Positions 28,873-38,200 of a stretch of 64,000 nt of DNA are shown here, piece after piece (position 1 is the stretch's first letter; every line of letters begins with the position of its first letter). The notes beneath the pieces were generated by a model. It did no database searches. It saw only the letters and a list, made by a program, of their open reading frames with translations, and was not told where the DNA came from. Source of the stretch: an uncultured Candidatus Sumerlaeota bacterium (GTDB lineage Bacteria > CAYMEV01); contig CAYMEV010000006.1 of NCBI GenBank assembly GCA_964389675.1, positions 27,217 through 91,216 on the forward strand. Direction: 5' to 3'. Both the position numbers and the translations under genes were made by a program.

Positions 28873-30543
28873 TTAGAATATTCCGTTTATGTTTCCATGA
28901 ATATCGATGTCTATATTTTCCGCTGCAGGATGACGAGGAAGCCCCGGCATCCTCACAATATCACCTGTGATTGGTATAAGGAATCCTGCACCTGAAGCAA
29001 TTTGAATCTCTCTCACTGTTACTATGAAATCCCTGGGGCGCCCTAAAAGCTTTGGATTATCCGACAGGGAGTTCTGTGTTTTTGCAATACATACCGGAAG
29101 ACCCTCAAGCCCAAGTTTTTTAATCTTTTTAATGTCCAGCTTTGCATGATGCATATAATCCACAGCCTGTGCACCGTACATCTTTTTTGCAACTGCTTCG
29201 ATCTTTTCTTCAACAGTTGAACTCCATGCATAAAGTGGCTTAAATTCACTTATACATTTTTCAGCAGCGTTTATAACAAGCTCTCCAAGTTCCAAAGCGC
29301 CATTTCCGCCATGCTGCCAGACATCAGATGCTGAACATCCTACACCAAGTTCTTTTGCTCTTCTTTTAACAATATCAATTTCTTCATCTGTATCAGTATG
29401 GAATTTATTAATAGCCACAACGGGGCAGAGGTTAAACTGCATCATATTTTCAACATGTTTTTCAAGATTTTCCAATCCTTTTTCAACAGCGTCTGGGTTT
29501 GGATCCTTTGTTTCCTTAAGCGGGACACCTCCATGAAGTTTAAGTGCCCTCACTGTAGCAACAAGGACAGCAGCCTTGGGGCTTAGTTGAGCCGATTGGC
29601 ATTTGATGTCAAAAAATTTCTCTGCACCAAGGTCAAATCCGAAACCTGCCTCTGTTACAGCATATTCAGAATGGGACATAGCCATCCTGGTAGCTAAAAC
29701 AGAATTTGTACCCTGGGCTATATTGGCAAAAGGACCCCCGTGTATTATTGCTGGATTTCCTTCTATTGTCTGCACAAGATTGGGCTTTATGGCATCCTTA
29801 AGAAGTGCTGCCATAGCCCCTGAAGCGCTTATATCCTTTGCATAGATGGGCTTATTATCATATGTGAAGCCTATGAAAATTCTTCCCAGCCTGGATTTCA
29901 GGTCCTCGAAATTTTCTGAAAGACAGAGTATTGCCATGACCTCTGAAGCAGCAGTTATATCAAAACCTGTTTCTCTCGGGACCCCATGTATTTTGCCTCC
30001 CAGGCCGATGACAATATTTCGAAGCGACCTGTCATTCATATCCATAACCCTTCTTATGTGTATTGTCCTTGGATCCAGATCAATATCGCCTTTCTTCTGC
30101 TGAATATGATTGTCTATAAGAGCTGCCAGAAGGTTATGGGCTTTCTCAACAGCGGCAAAATCACCTGTGAAATGAAGATTTATGTCCTCCATAGGGAGTA
30201 CCTGGGAATACCCGCCGCCAGTTGCTCCGCCCTTCATGCCGAACACAGGGCCGAGAGAAGGCTCTCTAAGAACCACAGTAGCTTTTTTACCCAGTTTATT
30301 TAATGCCTGGACAAGGCCGATGGACATGGTTGTTTTGCCCTCTCCAGCAGGTGTTGGAGTAATTGCTGAAACAAGTACAAGATTGCATCTGCTGTTTTCT
30401 GGCAGTTTCAGGTGGCTCAGAGGAAGCTTTGCTTTGTATTTGCCATATAATTCAATATCCTTTGCATCTATCCCAAGAATCTCTGCTATCTCTTCAATGG
30501 GCTTCATCCTGGCTGAACTGGCTATCTCTATATCACTCTTCAT
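28873..30543 (-). CDS. fhs: Formate--tetrahydrofolate ligase
   Basis: MKSDIEIASSARMKPIEEIAEILGI..., P-loop VSAITPTPAGEGKTTMSIGL, about 556 aa. Full-length similarity to FTHFS as I recall it. Confidence 0.9.
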   Translation of the reverse strand: MKSDIEIASSARMKPIEEIAEILGIDAKDIELYGKYKAKLPLSHLKLPENSRCNLVLVSAITPTPAGEGKTTMSIGLVQALNKLGKKATVVLREPSLGPVFGMKGGATGGGYSQVLPMEDINLHFTGDFAAVEKAHNLLAALIDNHIQQKKGDIDLDPRTIHIRRVMDMNDRSLRNIVIGLGGKIHGVPRETGFDITAASEVMAILCLSENFEDLKSRLGRIFIGFTYDNKPIYAKDISASGAMAALLKDAIKPNLVQTIEGNPAIIHGGPFANIAQGTNSVLATRMAMSHSEYAVTEAGFGFDLGAEKFFDIKCQSAQLSPKAAVLVATVRALKLHGGVPLKETKDPNPDAVEKGLENLEKHVENMMQFNLCPVVAINKFHTDTDEEIDIVKRRAKELGVGCSASDVWQHGGNGALELGELVINAAEKCISEFKPLYAWSSTVEEKIEAVAKKMYGAQAVDYMHHAKLDIKKIKKLGLEGLPVCIAKTQNSLSDNPKLLGRPRDFIVTVREIQIASGAGFLIPITGDIVRMPGLPRHPAAENIDIDIHGNINGIF

Positions 30544-30701
30544 GATATGCCTCCTGTTTTTTATATTTCTATATCATATTTAGCAATTAATACAATCTAT
30601 AAATACCCTGATAAAATAATTTTTGTAAAATATAACAAAATAATGTAAACTATAAATGTTAAAGTTAAAAACATAAACCCTAACTTAAAAAGGAGTATAA
30701 C

Positions 30702-31295
30702 ATGAATGCTTGGTGGGAAGGAATTTCCTTTCTGGAAAAGATATACTGGTTTTTTGCAATACCCTTTTCAATCATTTTCATAATTCAGCTTATTATGGCA
30801 ATACTTGGTTTTGACAGTGAAGGAGATCTCTCTGAAGACATTGATGCAGATATTGATGATGCAGATGCTGAATCTGTTGACTCAGGCCTTCGGCTGTTTT
30901 CAATAAGGAATATAATTATTTTCTTCACTGTATTTGGCTGGGCTGGTATTGCCAGTATAAGATCAGGAATGAATGATGCAAGCAGTGTTTTTCTTTCTTT
31001 CGGGGCAGGATTCCTGATGATGTATATATATGCTAAGCTTTTTAATGTTATTATGAAGCTTACTGAGAGCGGAACAATGGATATCAGGAATGCCCTGGAC
31101 CAGAAAGGCCAGGTATACCTGAAGATACCCGGAAAAAGGGAGGGGGCTGGAAAGGTCAATATAGATGTTCAGGGAGCCATGCGTGAGCTTGATGCAATGA
31201 CAGATGATGAAGAAATAGCAACAGGAGAAACCGTTATAGTAGTTGAAATATTCGAAAATAACACTCTATTAGTTAAAAAATACATAAAGGAGTAA
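30702..31295 (+). CDS. NfeD-like membrane protein (flotillin-associated, C-terminal OB-fold)
   Basis: Two TM helices and an acidic linker, then an OB-like beta domain (GQVYLKIPG...GKVNIDVQG). Immediately upstream of a flotillin gene, the canonical NfeD-SPFH pairing. Confidence 0.6.
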   Translation: MNAWWEGISFLEKIYWFFAIPFSIIFIIQLIMAILGFDSEGDLSEDIDADIDDADAESVDSGLRLFSIRNIIIFFTVFGWAGIASIRSGMNDASSVFLSFGAGFLMMYIYAKLFNVIMKLTESGTMDIRNALDQKGQVYLKIPGKREGAGKVNIDVQGAMRELDAMTDDEEIATGETVIVVEIFENNTLLVKKYIKE

Positions 31296-31301
31296 TCACA
31301 G

Positions 31302-32699
31302 ATGTCAGGTCCTTATATTGTTTTATTGTTTTCAGTTGTAATTCTGGCTTTATTTCTGGCCTTTATTACTGTATTATCCCGTTACAAAAAATGCCCATCC
31401 GATAAGATCCTTGTAATATACGGTAAAATAGGGAAAGGCAAAGATGGGTACCCTTCTTCTTCAAAATGCATTCACGGCGGGGCTGCTTTTATCTGGCCTG
31501 TTTTTCAGCATTATCAATTCCTTGATCTGACCCCAATATCAATTGAGGTGAACCTTACAAAGGCCCTTAGTAATCAAAACATAAGAGTAGACGTGCCCTC
31601 AAGGTTCACGGTAGGTATATCCACAGAGCAGACAATAATGGTAAATGCAGCAGAAAGGCTGCTTGGGCTCGGTTTGAACCAGATACAGGAACTTGCAAAG
31701 GATATTATTTTCGGCCAGCTAAGGCTGGTAATTGCAACCATGAAGATCGAGGAAATTAATTCCGACAGGGATAAATTCCTTGCCAATGTATCGAATAATG
31801 TTGAAAACGAACTGAAAAAGATCGGCTTAAAGCTTATCAATGTCAATGTAACTGACATAAAAGATGAGTCGGGGTATATTGAAGCTCTTGGCAAGGAAGC
31901 TGCCGCAAAAGCTATTAATGATGCAAAGATCTCAGTGGCTGAGAAGAACAGAGATGGTTCAATTGGGGAAGCAAATGCCAAGCAGGAGGAAAGGATACAG
32001 GTCTCAAAAGCTAATGCTGCAGCAGTAGAAGGTGAAAACCTTGCCAAGATAATGATATCTGTATCTGATTCAGAAAGGAGGGAAAAAGAGGCTGAAGTTA
32101 ACAGAAAAGCCATTGCGGCAGAAAAGGTTCAGTCCGCCATGGCCCTCGAAGAGGCATATGAAGCTGAAAAATCTGCAGAGACCAAAAGGGCTGAAAAGGT
32201 AAGGGCTACCAAAACAGCAGATGAAATAATACCGGCAGAGATTGCAAAACAGAAAATGGAGATTGATGCTGAAGCTGATGCTGAAATGACAAGAAGGCAG
32301 TCAAAGGGTGAAGCTGATGGAAAGCTTTTTATCATGCAGGCACAGGCACAGGGTATGCTCGAGACATTATCGAAACAGGCTGAAGGATTTCAGAAGATAA
32401 TTGAAGCGGCAGGCCAGGATCCTAAAAATGCAGCAATGCTTATGATAACCGATAAGCTTCCGGAAATAATCCAGACACAGGTTGAAGCTATCAAGAATCT
32501 GAAAATAGATAAGATCACCGTCTGGGATTCAAACTCAGATGGAAAAGGAGGAAATACAACCTCCAATTTCTTATCCGGGATGGTCAGATCAATACCACCT
32601 CTTGATGAATTGTTCAGGATGGCTGGAATGGAGCTCCCGGATTACCTGGGGAAAAAGAGCCAGGAAAAACCTCAAGGCAAAGAAAAACCTCAGAAATAG
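31302..32699 (+). CDS. Flotillin-family SPFH (band-7) protein
   Basis: N-terminal TM. SPFH core with RVDVPSRFTVGISTEQ. Long Ala/Glu-rich coiled-coil (EAEVNRKAIAAEKVQSAMALEEAYEAEKSAETKRAEK) typical of FloT/YqiK. Confidence 0.8.
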   Translation: MSGPYIVLLFSVVILALFLAFITVLSRYKKCPSDKILVIYGKIGKGKDGYPSSSKCIHGGAAFIWPVFQHYQFLDLTPISIEVNLTKALSNQNIRVDVPSRFTVGISTEQTIMVNAAERLLGLGLNQIQELAKDIIFGQLRLVIATMKIEEINSDRDKFLANVSNNVENELKKIGLKLINVNVTDIKDESGYIEALGKEAAAKAINDAKISVAEKNRDGSIGEANAKQEERIQVSKANAAAVEGENLAKIMISVSDSERREKEAEVNRKAIAAEKVQSAMALEEAYEAEKSAETKRAEKVRATKTADEIIPAEIAKQKMEIDAEADAEMTRRQSKGEADGKLFIMQAQAQGMLETLSKQAEGFQKIIEAAGQDPKNAAMLMITDKLPEIIQTQVEAIKNLKIDKITVWDSNSDGKGGNTTSNFLSGMVRSIPPLDELFRMAGMELPDYLGKKSQEKPQGKEKPQK

Positions 32700-32704
32700 A
32701 ACAG

Positions 32705-32745
32705 GAGGGGTATTCATATACCCCTCTCTGATTAATTTATTCTTT
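32705..32745. terminator. Bidirectional intrinsic terminator (GAGGGGUAU-UCAU-AUACCCCUC) with T-rich tail, between convergent flotillin and kelch genes
   Basis: Perfect 9-bp stem followed by TCTGATTAATTTATTCTTTTATT. Confidence 0.45.
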
Positions 32746-32765
32746 TATTATTATCCGGTCTTAAT

Positions 32766-34781
32766 TCATTTTGCAGCAAAGTAGACTGCAGCATCAGCAT
32801 CAGTATTTCCTTTACTGTCTTGCACCGTAAGATAGAATTCTATCCTGTCTTTTCTCATATTATGGTAAACAGGGTTTTTCTCTTTTGAATACCATCCCCT
32901 TCCATCTGACCAGAAATATTTATATGGTGGGGCCCCTCCAGACGCAACAGTTTCGCCGCCCAGCTTTATCTGCCCATTAATTGATGTAATCCCGCCCTTT
33001 CCTGCATCCGCAATAAGCATATCATGCTCCATTATATAGTGGATATTCCTTACTGATTTTTTTGATAATGGAACATCAATGGTTCCGCCGAACATATGAA
33101 TATTACCTTCGGCAATTACACATCCTGAATAAAAATTAAATGAGGGCTTTGATCTCAGCTTAAGCCATTTTTTCCATGAAGAATCATAAAGCTTAAAGGC
33201 ATATATCTCATTTGCCAGTCTTCCCCTGTCAAAAAAAACATAACTGCCAATACGAAGCAGTACTCCAGGGTATCCTGAATTTCCGGGTATTGAAGGCCAA
33301 GGTGCATTCTTCCAGGATTCTGAGCAGATATCATATACATCCCCTCCCGGAATATCCAGGTAATCCCTGTCTCTTCCCCCCATAAAATAAATCCTGCCAT
33401 TCTTTACGGTCATACCCGAAAGCATACGTGGCCTGTCAGGCAGCGGCAGCTCTGACCAGCTTTCCGACTTTATTTCATATTTCCAGAATTCTATATCATA
33501 GGGCCCAGGACTGTTTACATGGCCCATAACATATATTACACCACCAAACTCAGCCATGCTTGGCCTTCTGAAATGCTTTCCGTTCCCGAAATCCGGCGGG
33601 CCTGGAATTAAGCTGTATCTGCCTCCTTCGGTATCATATTGATAGCGATACATTATATTACAGGAGGAACTCATAAAATAGCAGAAATCACCATAAATCA
33701 CAGCTGAGTATGGCTCAGGACAGTCCTCAGGGGGAGGGGCCAGCATTTGCCATTTCCTGTTCTGAAGGTCAAATCTTGCTGCCCTGCTTCCAGCAAAACC
33801 TGAAAAAGCATAAATATATGAACCATCAGAAGAAGCCCCGATCACAAAATCAGAGAATGGTAATGGGATATTTTTTGTTTTATCAAGCCATCTATTTCCA
33901 TAATAAAATACTCTGATATCCTCATTAACCTGATTATCGTGTGATTTTACCTTAAGAGTGCATGCATTTGCCCAGGACTGGCCCATCCTGTCCGCATCAT
34001 AATGAATTATAATCTCCTTTTCCTCATAGGGATTAAGGATGATACAGTCCTTCTGAAGATGTATAATTTTGCTTTCTGATTCATCTGTAAATTTTAGCTT
34101 TTTATTATCCCCGGTATTATTTATGAGCTTGATGGAAAAGCTCTCTGATGAGCTGTCAATAAAGACAGTATCAGGTATAACCCTGAACTGTTCAACTTCG
34201 CTTTTAATTATGCTGATATCATCAAGAAATATCCTTCTGCCCTCTGAATCGCTGAAATAGTGAATACCAAGCCTGTAAGTATTATCTTCCTCCACAGTAA
34301 ACTTCTTTTCTATTCTCCTGCATAAAGAATTGTCAATATCATCTTCTCTAAAGAGCTGCTTTTTATATCCATCAGGCCCAATAAGTAAAATCCCAAGGCT
34401 CTCAGGGCTGACTGATATCTTCACCTTAAGGCTGAAACCCAGGGTGTATTCATTGTTTTTCTCAAGCTTGAACCCTGATGTATAGCACCATGAATCTGAC
34501 TCATTCTTCCTGTTGCCACTGCAAATAAGCGTATGCTCACCTTCACAGGAATTATACCTGCTGAAAGCGACCTGCCATGGATTGCCCTGCAGGGTCTTTA
34601 AGCTCCATCCAGCCGGTAATGATCTACTGCCCTCAAAACCCTCATTCATTATTACCGTGTGCCCTGATGAAAATTTGGCACTGGCGGATATCAGTATGGA
34701 AAATAAAAGCAGAAGGCTTTTTAGTATATATGCTATTTTTATATTAGTATTGCCCATATCTTCATATAAGGGGAAAATCAC
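32766..34781 (-). CDS. Secreted Kelch-repeat beta-propeller protein with N-terminal Ig-like/beta-sandwich region
   Basis: Signal peptide. Repeated kelch-like blades (IYAFSGFAG, RIYFMGG, VIYVMGH, GNIHMFGG with preceding W/Y). Confidence 0.5.
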   Translation of the reverse strand: MIFPLYEDMGNTNIKIAYILKSLLLLFSILISASAKFSSGHTVIMNEGFEGSRSLPAGWSLKTLQGNPWQVAFSRYNSCEGEHTLICSGNRKNESDSWCYTSGFKLEKNNEYTLGFSLKVKISVSPESLGILLIGPDGYKKQLFREDDIDNSLCRRIEKKFTVEEDNTYRLGIHYFSDSEGRRIFLDDISIIKSEVEQFRVIPDTVFIDSSSESFSIKLINNTGDNKKLKFTDESESKIIHLQKDCIILNPYEEKEIIIHYDADRMGQSWANACTLKVKSHDNQVNEDIRVFYYGNRWLDKTKNIPLPFSDFVIGASSDGSYIYAFSGFAGSRAARFDLQNRKWQMLAPPPEDCPEPYSAVIYGDFCYFMSSSCNIMYRYQYDTEGGRYSLIPGPPDFGNGKHFRRPSMAEFGGVIYVMGHVNSPGPYDIEFWKYEIKSESWSELPLPDRPRMLSGMTVKNGRIYFMGGRDRDYLDIPGGDVYDICSESWKNAPWPSIPGNSGYPGVLLRIGSYVFFDRGRLANEIYAFKLYDSSWKKWLKLRSKPSFNFYSGCVIAEGNIHMFGGTIDVPLSKKSVRNIHYIMEHDMLIADAGKGGITSINGQIKLGGETVASGGAPPYKYFWSDGRGWYSKEKNPVYHNMRKDRIEFYLTVQDSKGNTDADAAVYFAAK

Positions 34782-34871
34782 AATAAAGCAAGAAAAACAG
34801 CTATGCTGTCTATTTAAGCTTAATGCATAATCTTTTTGGTAATGGCGGGCTTTTTAATAAGTATTCTGATT

Positions 34872-35636
34872 TTACCTGCCGTAAAACAGGTATGAAAGGT
34901 ATTCATCAGTCCTTTGAACAGACCATGAATGCCTGTTGTCATCACAATCCTTCCACAGCTTCACTTCAATCCCTGTATCTGTATAATATTGATAATCCTC
35001 ATCAATGAGTTTGATAATATCAGGATAATCATACCTGTTATGCGCCAGGCCAAGCCTCCATTTTATCGCCGACGGGTCCTTTATCATTTCCTTTAGATAT
35101 TCAGAACCCTTGCCATGACTGAAGACTCCCTTTACCGAATCATTATTCAGATATGCATGGTAATATGCCATAAATCCCCCCGCACTCAGTCCAAGATTGT
35201 AGATCTCAATATTTTCCTTTTTTATCATCTTTTCCTTGATAACGGCAATCATCCTGTCTATGAAGTCTATCTCCTTTTCTATAACCCATCCCCTGCAGAT
35301 GCATTCCCTATGCTCATATTCATAGATAGGGTAGGGCACTGCAAAGAAAAAGTTATACCTGTCAGCATATTCTTCCATAAAGGTCATATTCTCCGGCTGA
35401 TTGCCAAAGTAATCACGAGTATTGCTGCAGGTTGATCCCACATAATACACGACCAGTTTAGTGCTTTGGGCATGCTTTTTCGGGACATACAGCAGATATG
35501 CCCTGTAATTGCCGAACTTATCCCTTACAGGAACGGGAGATGCATACCATCCGGTTTTTTGATAGAATTTCTGACACCCCCCAGCAGATAAGAGAAAAAT
35601 AGCAGCTATCAATAATGCTATACGGGTTCTTTTCAT
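34872..35636 (-). CDS. Lipoprotein esterase of the alpha/beta-hydrolase fold (PHB-depolymerase-like esterase family)
   Basis: Lipobox LLSAGGC. Nucleophile elbow GLSAGG. Overall size and His/Asp spacing are consistent. Confidence 0.45.
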   Translation of the reverse strand: MKRTRIALLIAAIFLLSAGGCQKFYQKTGWYASPVPVRDKFGNYRAYLLYVPKKHAQSTKLVVYYVGSTCSNTRDYFGNQPENMTFMEEYADRYNFFFAVPYPIYEYEHRECICRGWVIEKEIDFIDRMIAVIKEKMIKKENIEIYNLGLSAGGFMAYYHAYLNNDSVKGVFSHGKGSEYLKEMIKDPSAIKWRLGLAHNRYDYPDIIKLIDEDYQYYTDTGIEVKLWKDCDDNRHSWSVQRTDEYLSYLFYGR

Positions 35637-36448
35637 ATATTTCCCTTGGAATAAGCCAGATCAAGAACCATTATGCTGATACCGGAATAGTTATCAAGGT
35701 CTCCGACATCATCTTCAATTGCCTTAATTATTGCAGGAAGCCTGCTCTCGCTGATTTTAGAAACAATCAGCTTGCTGAAAATCCTTTTTTCCCCTGAAAA
35801 ATCAAAAAACTCAAGAAATAGAGGGACATTTGACAAAATATTCTCCATGCTCTGGGATTCCAGTATTGTTGCACCTATTACTCCGTATTCGACAAATATC
35901 TCAGTAATTTTTTCAAGCTTATCATCATCCCTGACAACAATCAGAGCCAGCTTATCTTTGGATGATTTGGTAATTTCAGGCATTTCAGCATGAGCATTCT
36001 GAAGGAAATTTTCATATATATTTACCTTGCTGCCTGACCTTAAAAGCAGGTCCCTAAGCTCCTGTTTATTAAGTATCCTTGATACCTGTGCGAGTATTTT
36101 TATATGGTCATCGGGCTGTGCTTCAGGCCCTACGATAGTAACAAATATCCTGGACTTTTTTCTGTCAATGCTGTCAAAGGGGATCCCTTTTCTGCTGACA
36201 GCAATTCCCACGGCAAAATCATCCAGTCCCTTGATCTGACAATGAGGAATGGCAATGCCGCTTGTAAATCCTGTACTGCCTTTATCTTCTCTTTCTTTCA
36301 ATGCAATATATATATCATTTTCAGAGTAATTTTTTAAAACTTCTGATCTTTTCATAAGGGAGGCAAGCTTATGCAGTGCATCATCCTTTGAATCAGCAAA
36401 GAAATCCTCAGTACAGCATTCCAATTTCAGAACATCAAATATATCCAT
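35633..36448 (-). CDS. PTS EIIA type-2 (PtsN/EIIA-Ntr-like) domain protein with an extra C-terminal domain
   Basis: EIIA-2 phosphorylation-site region GIAIPHCQIKG, N-terminal. About 120-aa C-terminal extension of unknown type. A 4-bp overlap with the antiporter gene upstream. Confidence 0.6.
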   Translation of the reverse strand: MDIFDVLKLECCTEDFFADSKDDALHKLASLMKRSEVLKNYSENDIYIALKEREDKGSTGFTSGIAIPHCQIKGLDDFAVGIAVSRKGIPFDSIDRKKSRIFVTIVGPEAQPDDHIKILAQVSRILNKQELRDLLLRSGSKVNIYENFLQNAHAEMPEITKSSKDKLALIVVRDDDKLEKITEIFVEYGVIGATILESQSMENILSNVPLFLEFFDFSGEKRIFSKLIVSKISESRLPAIIKAIEDDVGDLDNYSGISIMVLDLAYSKGNI

Positions 36449-36454
36449 ATATCA

Positions 36455-37699
36455 TCATCTCCTTTTCAGGCTTTTGAGTATTGCATATTTGCTTATCGGG
36501 GGACCTATCATTTCATGCACGAAAACTGCAATAAGCACAATATTTACAAGTTTGAGTATTTCCATCTGCACATTCGCATCTGAATGAGCAATAAGTGGTG
36601 ATGCCTGTATGAATAATATCAATCCCAGGGCAACTCCTGCTTGCGGCAGCAGGCACAATCCGAGGTTTTTTCTTATCTCCCCGGGCAGTTTCATAACTGC
36701 AGAGGGGATAAATATACCTGAATACTTGCCAAATGCCCTGAAAAAGACATATGCAATAGAAATAAGTATTATATCCATATCTGCAAATACTTTTATATCA
36801 AGTTCTGTACCTGCAATCGCAAAGAATATTGCATATAGAGGCGGCGTGATGGGTTCAAAGGTCTTAAGGATTTTGAGGTTTTTTCTGGAGATATTAACAA
36901 GCATAAATCCAAGTGCCATATTTGTTATCAGGGGTGACAACTGCAATGAAATCGAGATGGATGTTATAACAAATACTATCCCGAGGGATATTATCAATAC
37001 CTCATTCCTGTTGCTCTTTTTTGCAATGAAAAAATGGGTAATAAATGCACCTGCGATACCCATAATTAATGAGATTATTATTTCAAAGCTTACATGGTAA
37101 AGTGTTGTCTGCAAGTCAAGCGCTTTCTGCCCTAAAGTGGATGAAATAATCGCAAAGACAACTGAGAACAAAACAATTGTCCCTGCATCGTCAAGAGCAA
37201 CAATGCCGTAAAGATAATCTACAAAAGGCCCTCTTGCTTTCAGCTTCTCAACAATTATCACTGTCGCTGCAGGCGCAGTTGCAGCAGCAATAGCACCAAG
37301 AAGGAATGCTATATATAAGGGAAGATCAAAGAGAAGAAGCCCGAAGGAGACAGCAAAAAAAGCAGAGAACATCTGAGAAAACGTCAGAAGCACCATTTTT
37401 GGTCCATAGGCCTTCAGCTTTGCAAATGAGAATTCACTGCCGATTGATACTGCAATTATGGAAAGTGTAATCTCGCACATGTTTTTCAGCAGTTCAGAAT
37501 TTTCATAGGTGATCATATCCATAAAGGACCTTCCTGTTATAATACCTGCAATTATATAACCTGTTATTGACGGAAGCTTAAATCTTTCCGCAACCTGGCC
37601 GAAAATAAACCCCATAATAAGCAGAAGGCCGGTACTGAATATTATATGGTGTGAAAAGGAATCCCTTATTATCTCCAGAATGCTAAAAATGCTGTCCAT
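36455..37699 (-). CDS. Cation:proton antiporter (Na+/H+ exchanger family, CPA-type)
   Basis: 12 to 13 predicted TM helices. Na_H_Exchanger-like motifs (ITGYIIAGIITG, LGAIAAATAPAATV). Confidence 0.7.
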   Translation of the reverse strand: MDSIFSILEIIRDSFSHHIIFSTGLLLIMGFIFGQVAERFKLPSITGYIIAGIITGRSFMDMITYENSELLKNMCEITLSIIAVSIGSEFSFAKLKAYGPKMVLLTFSQMFSAFFAVSFGLLLFDLPLYIAFLLGAIAAATAPAATVIIVEKLKARGPFVDYLYGIVALDDAGTIVLFSVVFAIISSTLGQKALDLQTTLYHVSFEIIISLIMGIAGAFITHFFIAKKSNRNEVLIISLGIVFVITSISISLQLSPLITNMALGFMLVNISRKNLKILKTFEPITPPLYAIFFAIAGTELDIKVFADMDIILISIAYVFFRAFGKYSGIFIPSAVMKLPGEIRKNLGLCLLPQAGVALGLILFIQASPLIAHSDANVQMEILKLVNIVLIAVFVHEMIGPPISKYAILKSLKRR

Positions 37700-37930
37700 A
37701 AAAAGCTTCTCGCAATCTCATTAATAATTATAGGCATAATCTATTTTTTTATTGTATTTTTGCAATATAAAAATGCTTTGCATATTTCAATTTTTTCTAC
37801 TGATAATAAGTAAAAAGCCAGGTGCATTCTTTTTTGAACCAAAATGACACAAAAGCACGTTTAAAAGTAGACAAGGCAATATGAATATTATAGTATTTCT
37901 TTTTATATAAACAGACCCGGAGGCTGACTG

Positions 37931-38200
37931 ATGAATTACCAATTTTACAGGTTTATAAGCTTTATTATTGATATATATACATTTATACTTTTTGCCAGGG
38001 CAATATCTTCATGGATACCCGTAGACAGATACCATCCGGTAATCATGTTTCTATACAGGGCAACTGAGCCGGTTTTAAGGCATATAAGACGCATAATACC
38101 CCCTCTTGGCATGATAGACCTTTCGATCATAATCCTTTTTTTCGGGCTTCAAATTCTTAAAGGACTGCTCAGGTCCATGCTGGGCATTTATTTTTACTGA
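37931..38200 (+). CDS. YggT family membrane protein
   Basis: 89 aa, two TMs. FARAISSWIP...ATEPVLRHIRRIIPPLGMIDLS matches the YggT/Ycf19 signature. Confidence 0.75.
   Translation: MNYQFYRFISFIIDIYTFILFARAISSWIPVDRYHPVIMFLYRATEPVLRHIRRIIPPLGMIDLSIIILFFGLQILKGLLRSMLGIYFY

Noticed and set aside
30544-30701. Possible riboswitch (ZTP/THF-type) upstream of fhs
   Set aside because: The region is uniformly AT-rich with no GC-rich helices or conserved riboswitch cores visible. It is most likely only promoter/RBS.
37730-37800. TTGCAATATAAAAATGCTTTGCATAT element upstream of the cation antiporter, resembling a -12 TTGCA box
   Set aside because: There is no GG dinucleotide at the -24 position. It is more likely a simple direct repeat in a sigma-70 promoter region.
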